DNA of 64,000 bases from an uncultured Chloroflexia bacterium (GCA_963809215.1 CAWEIJ010000002.1:2283228-2347227), one strand, 5' to 3'. Shown: positions 20,554 through 29,931, numbered from the stretch's first letter. The notes: generated from the sequence alone by a model not told the origin. Program-made: numbers and translations.

Positions 20554-20569
20554 GTGCGCATCTGCGCAC
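20554..20569. promoter_or_regulatory. 16-bp palindrome GTGCGCA-TC-TGCGCAC upstream of ctaC, 19 nt before a TATCAT box (20588..20593); candidate operator
   Basis: Direct reading; it lies in the ctaG/ctaC divergent intergenic region. Confidence 0.3.
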
Positions 20570-20704
20570 CTTTGAAGGCGCTTCGGGTATCATGCCCGCG
20601 CTTTGGGCCACCGCGTCCCGGGAGCCCCGAGCGAGGCGAGGGAGAGGCCACCGGACGCGACCCGATGGAGCGCCTCCGACGCGAGCACGAGGTCGAACGC
20701 ACCC

Positions 20705-21895
20705 ATGGGTCTGACCGGGAAGAGATGGGCTCGCCACGCGGGAATCATCGCGGCCCTCGCGGCGCTGGCGATCCTCCTCTCCGCCTGCACCGACTTCAAC
20801 GTGCGCACCGCCGTTCCCCCTGACGCGGCGTCCGTCCAGGGCCAGGCCACCCGCAACCTCTACGACATCGTCTTCGTCATCGGCGCTGCGATCTTCCTGA
20901 TCGTCGAGGGGCTGATCCTCTTCGCGGTCCTGCGCTACCGCCGCCGGAAGGGCGACGACGAGCTGCCGCCACAGATCCATGGCAACAACCGGCTCGAGAT
21001 CATCTGGACGGCGATCCCGATCGCCCTCGTCCTCGCCCTGTTCGTCCTGTCGTGGCAGACGCTCAACACCGTCGATGCGCACACCCCGACCCCGACCGTC
21101 CGCATCGGCGTCGTCGCCTACCAGTGGCAGTGGCAGTTCGTCTATGCGCCGGACGGCGTGAACTGGGAAGACTGCGGGGCGGCCGCGAACAAGGGCAAGT
21201 GCGTGACGGTGATCGGAACGCTTCCCGCCGGCGGCGACCGCGCGGGCTGGACGCCGCCCACGATGCACGTCCCCGTCAACGAGACCGTCGAGCTCCAGAT
21301 GCACTCGATCGACGTCATCCACTCGTTCTATGTCCCGGCGTTCCTCTACCAGCGCGACATCACGCCGCGCAAGGACCAGGTCATCCAGTTCACGGCCGAC
21401 AGGGTCGGCGTCTACCGCGGCCAGTGCACGCAGTTCTGCGGCCTCTACCACCAGCTCATGCAGTTCCAGGTGCAGGTGGAGCCGCGGGCCGACTACGTGG
21501 CCTGGCTCCAGCAGCAGCTGACCCCGCCCGCCTCGCCCTCGCCCGCTCCCGCTGCCTCGGCCGGCGCCGGCGCCCCGGCCGGCTCGGCGGGTGCGAGCCC
21601 GGCGGCGGGCTCGGTCTCGCTCGCGCTCACGGCGCAGGGCATCGCCTACGACAAGACCGACCTCAGCGCACCCGCCAACACGCCCTTCCAGATCGTCTTC
21701 ACCAACAACGACGCGGGGATCCCCCACAACGTCTCGATCCACACGGGCTCGCCCACCGGGCCGGAGGTCTTCAAGGGCGAGATCTTTGCCGGGACGGACT
21801 CCCGCACCTACGCCGTGCCGGCCCTGCCGGCCGGCACCTACGCCTTCGTCTGCTCGGTCCACCCGAACATGACGGGGACGCTCACCGTCAAGTAG
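20705..21895 (+). CDS. ctaC: cytochrome c oxidase subunit II (CuA) fused to a C-terminal amicyanin/plastocyanin-like type-1 copper domain
   Basis: It runs from MGLTGKRWARHAG (lipobox LLSAC). It has two TM segments and the CuA pattern H-x34-C-x3-C-x3-H-x2-M (IHSFYV...GQCTQFCGLYHQLM). An Ala/Pro/Ser linker follows, and then FQIVFTNNDAGIPHNVSIH...YAFVCSVHPNMTGTLTVK (His, C-x2-H-x2-M). Confidence 0.9.
   Translation: MGLTGKRWARHAGIIAALAALAILLSACTDFNVRTAVPPDAASVQGQATRNLYDIVFVIGAAIFLIVEGLILFAVLRYRRRKGDDELPPQIHGNNRLEIIWTAIPIALVLALFVLSWQTLNTVDAHTPTPTVRIGVVAYQWQWQFVYAPDGVNWEDCGAAANKGKCVTVIGTLPAGGDRAGWTPPTMHVPVNETVELQMHSIDVIHSFYVPAFLYQRDITPRKDQVIQFTADRVGVYRGQCTQFCGLYHQLMQFQVQVEPRADYVAWLQQQLTPPASPSPAPAASAGAGAPAGSAGASPAAGSVSLALTAQGIAYDKTDLSAPANTPFQIVFTNNDAGIPHNVSIHTGSPTGPEVFKGEIFAGTDSRTYAVPALPAGTYAFVCSVHPNMTGTLTVK
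21534..21895 (+). repeat. copy A of a 362-bp perfect direct repeat (linker plus cupredoxin domain plus stop codon)
   Basis: It appears identical by eye to 25243..25604 (constant offset 3709). The translated segments are identical in ORFs 20603..21895 and 24408..25604. Confidence 0.9.
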
Positions 21896-21905
21896 GAGAG
21901 CCCCG

Positions 21906-23543
21906 ATGGCCACCACCGTGCTCCGGCCCGCGGCGACCTACCGCACCGGGCTCTACGAATGGCTGACGACCACCGATCACAAGAAGATCGGGATCCTCTA
22001 CACGTTCAACTCGCTGATCCTCTTCCTGATCGGGGGACTCTTCGCGCTCGCCGTTCGGACCGAGCTGGCCCAGCCGGGGCTCCAGTTCATGGACGAGGCG
22101 ACCTACAACCAGATGTTCACGATGCACGCCTCGGTGATGATCTTCTGGGTCGTCATCCCGTTCCTGGCGGGCTTCGGCAACTACCTGGTCCCGCTCATGA
22201 TCGGCGCGCCGGACATGGCGTTCCCCCGGATCAACGCCCTCTCGTTCTGGCTCCTGCCGCTCTCGGCCCTGATCGCGCTCATGGGCTTCCCGCTCGGCGG
22301 GGCGGCCGCGGAGGGATGGACCAGCTACAGCCCGCTGGCGCAGTCGGCCTTCTCGAAGGGTCCCGGGACCGACCTCTGGATCGTGGCCCTGATCCTGGTG
22401 GGCACGAGCTCCATCCTGGGCGCGGTCAACTTCCTGGTCACGATCTTCAAGATGCGTGCGCCGGGAATGACGCTCTTCCGGATGCCCGTCTTCGTGTGGA
22501 CGATCATGGTCACGAGCGTCCTTGTGCTCATGGGCACGCCGGTGCTGACGAGCGCCCTGATCATGCTCTACATCGACCGCAACTTCGGCGGGAGCTTCTT
22601 CAACACGGCGCTCGCGGGCGGCAACGCGATCCTCTGGGAGAACGTCTTCTGGTTCTACAGCCACCCCGCGGTCTACATCATGATCCTGCCGGCGATGGGG
22701 ATCGTCTCCGAGGTCCTGCCCACCTTCAGCCGCAAGCCGCTCTTCGGCTACAAGGCGTTCGTGTTCGCGACCGCCGGAATCGGCGCCCTCGGCTTCTCCG
22801 TGTGGGCCCACCACATGTTCACCACGGGTTCGGTCTACCTGCCGTTCTTCAGCCTGATGACGTTCCTGATCGCCGTCCCGACCGGCGTCAAGATGTTCAA
22901 CTGGATCGCCACCCTCTACCGCGGCAAGCTCCGCTTCACGACGGCGATGCTCTTCGCGGTGGGCTTCCTGTCGCTCTTCCTCATCGGCGGGATCAACGGC
23001 GCCTTCCTCGCCGCGGTGCCCGTGGACTACCACGTCCACGCGACCTACTTCATCGTGGCCCACATCCACTACGTGCTCTTCGGCGGCTCGATCATGGGCG
23101 TCTTCGCCGGCCTCTACTACTGGTGGCCGAAGATGTTCGGACGGAAGCTGAACGAGGGCCTCGGCAAGGTCCACTTCGTCGGGATCTTCATCGGGATGAA
23201 CCTGACGTTCTTCCCGATGCACCTGCTCGGCCTGTCGGGGATGCCGCGCCGCATCGCCGACTACAGCCCGACGGCCGGCTGGAACGACCTGAACCTCCTC
23301 GCGACGATCGGCGGCTTCACGATCGCCGCCGCGATGCTGCCGTTCCTGTGGAACATCCTCGTGACGTTCCGCGGCGGAGAGCCGGCGGGTGACGATCCGT
23401 GGGAGGCGAACACGCTCGAGTGGGCGACCTCGTCGCCGCCACCGCCATACAACTTCGACCACCTGCCGCCGATCCGCTCCGAGCGACCCGTCTTCGACCA
23501 GCGCCACGCGGCCGATCCGCCGGCAGTCGCGGCAGGGCACTGA
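21906..23543 (+). CDS. ctaD: cytochrome c oxidase subunit I
   Basis: ORF 21906..23543: ..WLTTTDHKKIGILY..FWFYSHPAVYIMILPAMG..VWAHHMFT..HYVLFGG... Confidence 0.95.
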   Translation: MATTVLRPAATYRTGLYEWLTTTDHKKIGILYTFNSLILFLIGGLFALAVRTELAQPGLQFMDEATYNQMFTMHASVMIFWVVIPFLAGFGNYLVPLMIGAPDMAFPRINALSFWLLPLSALIALMGFPLGGAAAEGWTSYSPLAQSAFSKGPGTDLWIVALILVGTSSILGAVNFLVTIFKMRAPGMTLFRMPVFVWTIMVTSVLVLMGTPVLTSALIMLYIDRNFGGSFFNTALAGGNAILWENVFWFYSHPAVYIMILPAMGIVSEVLPTFSRKPLFGYKAFVFATAGIGALGFSVWAHHMFTTGSVYLPFFSLMTFLIAVPTGVKMFNWIATLYRGKLRFTTAMLFAVGFLSLFLIGGINGAFLAAVPVDYHVHATYFIVAHIHYVLFGGSIMGVFAGLYYWWPKMFGRKLNEGLGKVHFVGIFIGMNLTFFPMHLLGLSGMPRRIADYSPTAGWNDLNLLATIGGFTIAAAMLPFLWNILVTFRGGEPAGDDPWEANTLEWATSSPPPPYNFDHLPPIRSERPVFDQRHAADPPAVAAGH

Positions 23544-23545
23544 CC

Positions 23546-24181
23546 GTGGCCGCGAACAGCAGCGCCCTGACCCCGCACGTGACCGCCCTGGGCGAGAGCC
23601 GGGCCCACGGCCAGCGCGGGATCAGCAACCCGATCCTCGGGATGATCCTGTTCATCGTCTCCGAGGTGATGTTCTTCTCGGGCCTCTTCGCGGCGTACTT
23701 CAACGTCCGGCTGAACGCGACCCAGTGGCCGCCGCTGGTCAACGAGGCACCGTTCGAGCCGTTCCAGATCCACCACGAGGTCGTCCTCCCCGCCATCCTC
23801 ACGACGATCCTGGTGCTCTCGTCGGTCACGATGCAGCTCGGCGTCTCCGCGATCCGCCGCGGCGACCGGACCGCCTTCCTGCGGAACACCGGCATCACGC
23901 TCGTCCTCGGGGTGACGTTCCTGGTCGGCCAGATCTACGACTACACGCAGCTTGGCTTCGGGATCACCGACACGGCGTTCGGCAGCACGTTCTACACGAT
24001 GACCGGCTTCCATGGCGCGCACGTGCTCGGCGGTGCGATCATGCTCAGCGTCGTGCTCTACCGTGGCATGGCCGGGCAGTTCTCGGCCCGGCACCACGAC
24101 GCGGTGGAGGCGACCTCGATCTACTGGCACTTCGTGGACGTCGTCTGGATCGCGCTCTTCTCCACGCTCTACCTGCTCTGA
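23546..24181 (+). CDS. ctaE: cytochrome c oxidase subunit III
   Basis: The GTG at 23546 lies 3 nt after the ctaD stop. Motifs: ..LGMILFIVSEVMFFSGLFAAYF..TGFHGAHVLGG..YWHFVDVVWIALF... Confidence 0.9.
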   Translation: MAANSSALTPHVTALGESRAHGQRGISNPILGMILFIVSEVMFFSGLFAAYFNVRLNATQWPPLVNEAPFEPFQIHHEVVLPAILTTILVLSSVTMQLGVSAIRRGDRTAFLRNTGITLVLGVTFLVGQIYDYTQLGFGITDTAFGSTFYTMTGFHGAHVLGGAIMLSVVLYRGMAGQFSARHHDAVEATSIYWHFVDVVWIALFSTLYLL

Positions 24182-24200
24182 CCGCCGGAGGACCCCGTTC

Positions 24201-24383
24201 ATGATCATGCGGCCCCGCCGGGCGATGCTCATCGGCCTCGTCTTCATCGGGCTCGGCATCGTCTACGGCTCCCTCAGCCGGGACTGGGGCGGCACGACGA
24301 TGCTCTTCGCCCTTGGCGTGGCGATGGGCCTGATGGGTTACACCCTGATGGCGGCCTCGCCGCGCGGCGACGAGACCGAGTAG
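24201..24383 (+). CDS. small two-TM protein resembling the N-terminal half of actinobacterial cytochrome oxidase subunit IV (CtaF)
   Basis: MIMRPRRAMLIGLVFIGLGIVYGSLSRDWGGTTMLFALGVAMGLMGYTLMAASPRGDETE. The DWGGTT motif sits between two hydrophobic helices, as in CtaF. Confidence 0.6.
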   Translation: MIMRPRRAMLIGLVFIGLGIVYGSLSRDWGGTTMLFALGVAMGLMGYTLMAASPRGDETE

Positions 24384-24407
24384 CACGGCCGAGGCGATCG
24401 CGCGCGC

Positions 24408-25604
24408 ATGTCGCCCTGGAGCTCGTTCCTGGACTTCGTCAACAAGCTCGTCTCGCCCGACTGGGGCGCGCTCGTCGCGCTGGTCCCGCTCGCGCTCGCC
24501 GTTCTCGTCGTCGGCTACCTGGGCTGGGTCGCGCGCCGCGCCCTCACCGCGCCGCCGACGCGGACCCGTCCGCTCCCGACCGCGCCGATGCCGCCCAACG
24601 TCCACATGCCGGGACCGAGCCTCGCCCCGTTCCTGGCGGCTACCGGGTTCGCCTGCTTCTTCCTGGCGCTTCTCTTCGTCCACGTCGGCCCTCGCCTGGA
24701 CCCGGCGAGCAGGCAGCCGATCGCGGACTCGACGAGCTGGACGATCGCGCCGTTCGGCCTCCTCGCGATCGCGATCGGGCTGGTGGCGCTGGTCTCGGGC
24801 CTGCTCTACTGGGGGCGCGAGTCGAGCCGGGAGTACGACGCCCTGGCCGGATCGCTCACCCTCCCCGCGGTCCGCGAGGCACCGCCGCCGGGCGTCCACG
24901 TCCCGGGCCCCAGCTTCCGCCCGTTCGTGCTCGCGGTCGGAATGGCGGTGATGGTGCTCGGCGGCGTGCTGAACGTCACGATCTTCCTCGGCGGTCTCCT
25001 CATGCTGGTCATCGCGCTCCTCGGCTGGCTGCGCGATGCGCGCGCCGAGTACGGCAAGACGGTCCGCGCCGACGCGACGGGGCACCTCGAGAACATCCCC
25101 GCTCCGGGCTACCCGGTGGGAACGCTCCTGCTGTTCGCGGCGATCCTCGCGGGGAGCATCCTCATCGCGGCCGGGATCGTCCCGCCGCGGGACAGCTCCG
25201 CGACCATCTCCGCATCGGCAAAGCCGCCGGCCGCTGCCTCGGCGCCCTCGCCCGCTCCCGCTGCCTCGGCCGGCGCCGGCGCCCCGGCCGGCTCGGCGGG
25301 TGCGAGCCCGGCGGCGGGCTCGGTCTCGCTCGCGCTCACGGCGCAGGGCATCGCCTACGACAAGACCGACCTCAGCGCACCCGCCAACACGCCCTTCCAG
25401 ATCGTCTTCACCAACAACGACGCGGGGATCCCCCACAACGTCTCGATCCACACGGGCTCGCCCACCGGGCCGGAGGTCTTCAAGGGCGAGATCTTTGCCG
25501 GGACGGACTCCCGCACCTACGCCGTGCCGGCCCTGCCGGCCGGCACCTACGCCTTCGTCTGCTCGGTCCACCCGAACATGACGGGGACGCTCACCGTCAA
25601 GTAG
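24408..25604 (+). CDS. membrane protein with two CoxIV-like modules (H-x-PGPS-x-x-PF + 2 TM + EY) fused to a C-terminal type-1 copper (cupredoxin) domain
   Basis: ORF 24408..25604. Module 1 is PPNVHMPGPSLAPFLAATGF...YWGRESSREYDAL. Module 2 is PPGVHVPGPSFRPFVLAVGM...WLRDARAEYGKT. The last 119 aa are identical to the ctaC C-terminus. Confidence 0.75.
   Translation: MSPWSSFLDFVNKLVSPDWGALVALVPLALAVLVVGYLGWVARRALTAPPTRTRPLPTAPMPPNVHMPGPSLAPFLAATGFACFFLALLFVHVGPRLDPASRQPIADSTSWTIAPFGLLAIAIGLVALVSGLLYWGRESSREYDALAGSLTLPAVREAPPPGVHVPGPSFRPFVLAVGMAVMVLGGVLNVTIFLGGLLMLVIALLGWLRDARAEYGKTVRADATGHLENIPAPGYPVGTLLLFAAILAGSILIAAGIVPPRDSSATISASAKPPAAASAPSPAPAASAGAGAPAGSAGASPAAGSVSLALTAQGIAYDKTDLSAPANTPFQIVFTNNDAGIPHNVSIHTGSPTGPEVFKGEIFAGTDSRTYAVPALPAGTYAFVCSVHPNMTGTLTVK
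25243..25604 (+). repeat. copy B of the 362-bp perfect direct repeat
   Basis: See copy A. It is followed by a 15-nt imperfect echo of the junction (GTCAAGTAGCCGCAC / GTCAAGCAGCCGCAC at about 25590..25630). Confidence 0.9.
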
Positions 25605-25695
25605 CCGCACGAACCGTCAAGCAGCCGCACGCGCCGGCGACTCGTCGCGACCATCGGGGTCCGGCGGCGCCCTCCCGGCACCCGGGACACATGTC

Positions 25696-26271
25696 ATGAT
25701 CTCGCACCGTCCATCCAGCGCCCGTCAGCGCGGCGCCCGGCTCGTCGTCCTGGCCACGATCGTCGTCGTGCTCGGCGGGTGCGCGACCGGCGGCGTGGCG
25801 ATCACGCCGCCTGGATCGCCGGGCGCCTCGGTGATCCAGATCGGCTCGCCGCTCATTGGCAAGGCCGCCCCGGCGCTCGTCGGCACGACGCTCGACGGGA
25901 CGCCGTTCGACCTCGCCTCGCTGCGCGGGTCGCCCGTCCTCGTCAACTTCTGGGCCTCGTGGTGCGGGCCATGCCGGGACGAGTTCCCGCTCCTCGCGGC
26001 CGCGGAGAAGCGCCACGCGGCGCAGGGCCTCAAGGTGATCGGGGTCCTCTTCAAGGACGATGCCGCCCCGGCGCGCGTCTTCGTGGCCCAGGAGAAGGCC
26101 GACTGGCCGACGGTCACGGACCCGTCCCGGACGATCGCCCAGCCGTGGGCCGTCCTCGCCCCGCCCCAGACCTACTTCATCGACCGCGCCGGGATCGTCC
26201 GGGACCTCCAGATCGGGCAGGTCCGTGACGCCGCTGAGCTCGACGCGATCCTCGCCGCGATCCTGACGTGA
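25696..26271 (+). CDS. TlpA/ResA-like thiol:disulfide oxidoreductase lipoprotein
   Basis: ORF 25696..26271 has a lipobox VLGGC, the redox motif FWASWCGPC, and a thioredoxin fold signature ..PQTYFIDRAG... Confidence 0.85.
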   Translation: MISHRPSSARQRGARLVVLATIVVVLGGCATGGVAITPPGSPGASVIQIGSPLIGKAAPALVGTTLDGTPFDLASLRGSPVLVNFWASWCGPCRDEFPLLAAAEKRHAAQGLKVIGVLFKDDAAPARVFVAQEKADWPTVTDPSRTIAQPWAVLAPPQTYFIDRAGIVRDLQIGQVRDAAELDAILAAILT

Positions 26272-27380
26272 CCGCACCCATCGCACCGACGGTCGCGCCA
26301 CCGGGAATCGGCGAAGCGAACCGGCGCGGGCTCGCCGGCGGCATGGGGCACGTCGATCCGACGGCGCCACTCGCGGTCGAGGTCCACGGCCTCCAGAAGC
26401 GCTACGGCACGCTCCAGGTCCTCGACAGCCTCGACCTGGCGGTTCCCAGGGGCGAGCTGGTCGCGCTGCTCGGCCCGAACGGTGCCGGGAAGACGACGAC
26501 GGTGGAGATCCTCGAGGGCTACCGCGGATTCGACGGCGGGACGGTGCGCGTCCTCGGGCTCGATCCCGTCCGGGACCGGGCCGCGCTCCACGCCCGTGTC
26601 GGCCTGATGCTCCAGAGCGGCGGGATCACGCCCCAGGGCCGGCCGCGCGAGCTGCTCCGGCTCCACGCTCGCTTCTACGCGGACCCGGCCGATCCCGACA
26701 TGCTGCTCGAGCTCCTGGGGCTGCGGGATGCGGGAGGCCGGCGCTACAAGCTGCTCTCGGGTGGCGAGAAGCAGCGCTTCTCGCTCGCGCTCGCGCTCGT
26801 GGGACGCCCTGAGCTGCTGGTGCTCGACGAGCCGACCGCGGGCATGGACCCGGCCGCGAAGGCGGTCGTTCGCTCGCTCATCGCAGACCTCCGTTCGGCA
26901 GGCCGCACGATCCTGCTGACCACCCACGAGCTCGCCGACGTCGAGCGCCTCGCCGACCGCGTCGTCGTGATGGACCACGGCCGGGTCGTGGCGGCGGGGA
27001 CACCCGCCGAGCTCGTCGCGGGATCGGGGCCGGTCCTCCGATTCCGGCTGGCCGCGGGCGACGGCTCGCTCCCCACGCTCGACCCGACGGACCTGGACGC
27101 GCTCGGCGCGACGCTCGGTGGGACGCTCGGGCCGGACGGCGCTCCCGGCCGGCTCCGCCTCGCCGGACGCGCCCCGGATCCGCGCGCGATCGCGTACCTG
27201 GCCGACTGGTGCGAGCAGCGCGGCCTGCTCCTCGCGGAGCTCCAGACGTCCGGCGGCACGCTCGAAGAGCGGTTCCTGGAGCTCATCGCCGGGCCGGACG
27301 ACGACGCGGCGGCACCGGCGCCCGCCGCGGACGAGCGCGAGCCCGCCACGGTCGCGGCCGGGACGGGCGGCGCCCGATGA
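26268..27380 (+). CDS. ABC transporter ATP-binding protein (ABC-2 exporter type)
   Basis: The GTG at 26268 overlaps the tlpA-like stop (GTGA). Motifs: GPNGAGKTTT, LSGGEKQRFSLALAL, LLVLDEPTAGMD. Confidence 0.85.
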   Translation: MTAPIAPTVAPPGIGEANRRGLAGGMGHVDPTAPLAVEVHGLQKRYGTLQVLDSLDLAVPRGELVALLGPNGAGKTTTVEILEGYRGFDGGTVRVLGLDPVRDRAALHARVGLMLQSGGITPQGRPRELLRLHARFYADPADPDMLLELLGLRDAGGRRYKLLSGGEKQRFSLALALVGRPELLVLDEPTAGMDPAAKAVVRSLIADLRSAGRTILLTTHELADVERLADRVVVMDHGRVVAAGTPAELVAGSGPVLRFRLAAGDGSLPTLDPTDLDALGATLGGTLGPDGAPGRLRLAGRAPDPRAIAYLADWCEQRGLLLAELQTSGGTLEERFLELIAGPDDDAAAPAPAADEREPATVAAGTGGAR

Positions 27381-28183
27381 GCGCCCCGGTGACACCGGAC
27401 GTGCTCCGCGGCGGCAACGGGCGGCCCTCCCCGCCGCTCGCGCGGGTCGCCTCGGCCCTGGAGATGGAGCTCCGCCTCACGAGCCGCCGTCCCGAGAACC
27501 TCTTCGTGACGCTGATGCTGCCGGCAGTCCTCCTGGTCTTCTTCGGATCGGTGCCGGCCCTGCCGGCCGCCGCCACTGCGACGCCCGGGGCGCGGCCGAT
27601 CGACGCCGTCCTCCCCGCGATCCTCGCCACGGCGATCGTCGCCGCCGGCCTCGTGAACCTGGGAATCTCGACCGGCTTCGAGCGCTCCTACGGCGTCCTC
27701 AAGCGGCTCGGCGGGTCGCCGCTGACGCGCGGCCAGCTCCTGGTGGCGAAGATCGGGACCATCGTCGTGGTCGAGGCTGTCCAGGCGGTCCTGCTCGTCG
27801 GGCTGTCGGTCGGCGCCTTCGGCTGGGGTCCGGGCCCGGGGTGGAATCCGCTCGTCGTCGTGGTCGCGGTGATCCTTGGCACGGGCGCCTTCAGCGCGCT
27901 CGGGCTGCTCCTGGCCGGAGCGCTCCGCGCCGAGGCGACGATGGCGCTCACGAACGCGCTCTTCCTGCTCGCGCTGCTGCTCGGGGGCCTCCTCGTGCCC
28001 GCCCACCAGCTGCCCGGGGCGCTCGGCGCGCTGGCCTCGCTCCTTCCCACCGCCGCGCTGGCCGACTCCCTCCGGATCGGGCTCGGCGCCAGCACCGGGG
28101 ACGCGTTCGGACCGCTCCTGCTCCTGGCGGCCTGGGCGGCCGGCACGTCGCTCCTCACCGCCCGCACCTTCCGCTGGGAGTAG
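27377..28183 (+). CDS. ABC-2 family transporter permease
   Basis: The ATG at 27377 overlaps the ATPase stop (ATGA). It has six hydrophobic segments in frame 27209..28183. Confidence 0.75.
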   Translation: MSAPVTPDVLRGGNGRPSPPLARVASALEMELRLTSRRPENLFVTLMLPAVLLVFFGSVPALPAAATATPGARPIDAVLPAILATAIVAAGLVNLGISTGFERSYGVLKRLGGSPLTRGQLLVAKIGTIVVVEAVQAVLLVGLSVGAFGWGPGPGWNPLVVVVAVILGTGAFSALGLLLAGALRAEATMALTNALFLLALLLGGLLVPAHQLPGALGALASLLPTAALADSLRIGLGASTGDAFGPLLLLAAWAAGTSLLTARTFRWE

Positions 28184-28244
28184 GCGGCAGCGGCCATCCC
28201 GCCCGGCCCGCGGCTCGTGCGGCGCGACGCGCCGCCCGCCGCCT

Positions 28245-29781
28245 TCAGCGCGTCCTCGGGAACCCCAGGTCGACCTTCGAGGTGCCCGGATCCGGCCAGC
28301 GAGCCGTGACCACCTTGGCCCGCGTGTAGAACTGGATCCCCTCGGGGCCGTACATGTGGAGATCGCCGAAGAGCGAGGCCTTCCAGCCGCCGAAGCTGTA
28401 GTAGGCGACCGGCACCGGGATCGGCACGTTGATCCCGACCATCCCGGCGTCGACCTCGAACTGGAACTGCCGTGCCGCACCCCCGTCGCGGGTGAAGATG
28501 GCGGTCCCGTTCCCGTACGGGTTGGCGTTGATGAGGGCGACCGCCTCCTCGTACGTCCCGACGCGCATCACGGTGAGGACGGGTCCGAAGATCTCGTCGC
28601 GGTAGCAGTCCATCCCGGCCTCGACGTTGTCGATGAGGCTGGCCCCCAGGTAGAACCCGTCGCTCCCGCCGTGGAGCGGATGCTGGCGCCCGTCGACCAC
28701 GACCGTCGCGCCCTGGGCGGGGGCCGACTCGAGGTACGACGCGACCCTGTCCCGATGCTGCCGCGTGATCAGCGGACCCATCTGCGAGGCCGGATCGTCA
28801 CCGGGTCCCACTGTCACCTTGGGGAGCCGGTCGCGGATCGCCTCCACGAGCGGGTCCGCGACGTCGCCCACGGCCACGATGGTCGCGATCGCCATGCAGC
28901 GCTCGCCCGCGGAGCCATATCCCGCGGAGACCGCCGCGTCGGCGGCCATGTCGATGTCGGCGTCGGGCAGGACGAGCATGTGGTTCTTCGCGCCGCCGAG
29001 CGCCTGGACGCGTTTGCCGTTCCTGGTCGCGGTCTCGTAGATGTGCCGGGCGATCGGCGTGCTCCCGACGAAGCTGACCGCCGCGATATCCGGGTGCTCC
29101 AGGAGGCGGTCGACGGCCACCTTGTCGCCCTGGACGACCGTGAAGATGCCGGCCGGGACGCCGGCCTCGGCGAGCAGCTCGGCGAGGAGGATCGAGGCGG
29201 ACGGGTCCTTCTCGGACGGCTTGAGGATGAACGCGTTGCCGCAGGCGATCGCCGTCGCGAGCATCCACATCGGGACCATGGCCGGGAAGTTGAATGGCGT
29301 GATGCCGGCGACCACGCCGAGCGGCTGGCGGACCTGGTAGACGTCGACGCCCGTCGACGCCTGCTCGCTGAAGCCGCCCTTGATGAGGTTCGGGACGCCG
29401 CACGCGAACTCGAGGTTCTCGAGGCCGCGGGCGACCTCGCCGAGCGCATCCGCCGTGACCTTGCCGTGCTCCGCGGTGAGGAGCGCCGCGAGCTCCTTCC
29501 GGTTCGCCTCGACGAGGTTCCGCATCCGGAACAGGACGTCCGTGCGCCGGGAGAGCGACGTGGCCCGCCACGCGGGGAATGCCGCCTTCGCGGCCGCCGA
29601 CCCCGGCGTCGACCTCCTCGACCGAGGCGAAGTCGACGGTCCTGGCGACGACGCCGCGGGCCGGATCGTAGACCGGTCCCGAGCGGCCCGATGTTCCGAC
29701 GACCGGCTGTCCGCCGATCCAGTGGCTGACCCGCTCCAGCGCGGCCGCCGAACGGGCGGTGGGCTCGGCGACCTGCGTCAT
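28245..29781 (-). pseudogene. mmsA: CoA-acylating methylmalonate-semialdehyde dehydrogenase, one frame break near 29600
   Basis: The body is ORF 28245..29525 (..FNFPAMVPMWM..KPSEKDP..GSAGERCMA..NVPIPVPVAYYSFGGWK..). The N-terminus MTQVAEPTARSAAALERVSHWIGGQPV...EEVDAGV is in frame 28798..29781. The join is ..DAGV|AAAKAAFPAWRATS... Confidence 0.85.
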
Positions 29782-29890
29782 CGGATCTCCCCCATCCTGC
29801 GCGACGGGCGACGGCCGCCCGGCGGTGCGGAGGGAGAGAATACCCCGGCGACCCGGGAACGGCGTCCGGGCGTCCCGGGCCGGGAATCAC

Positions 29891-29916
29891 GAACCCCGGC
29901 GGGCGGGCCGGGGTTC
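29891..29916 (-). terminator. GC-rich hairpin (10-bp perfect stem GAACCCCGGC/GCCGGGGTTC, 6-nt loop) just 3' of the tRNA-Met gene
   Basis: Direct reading. There is no clear U-tract, so its terminator function is tentative. Confidence 0.4.
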
Positions 29917-29931
29917 GCTGGTGGATTCGAT

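Noticed and set aside
21534-25604. The 362-bp perfect repeat as an IS element, MITE or other mobile DNA
   Set aside because: Both copies are in-frame coding sequence for a complete cupredoxin domain ending at a stop codon. There are no terminal inverted repeats, target-site duplications or transposase. Domain duplication, gene conversion or an assembly artefact fit better.
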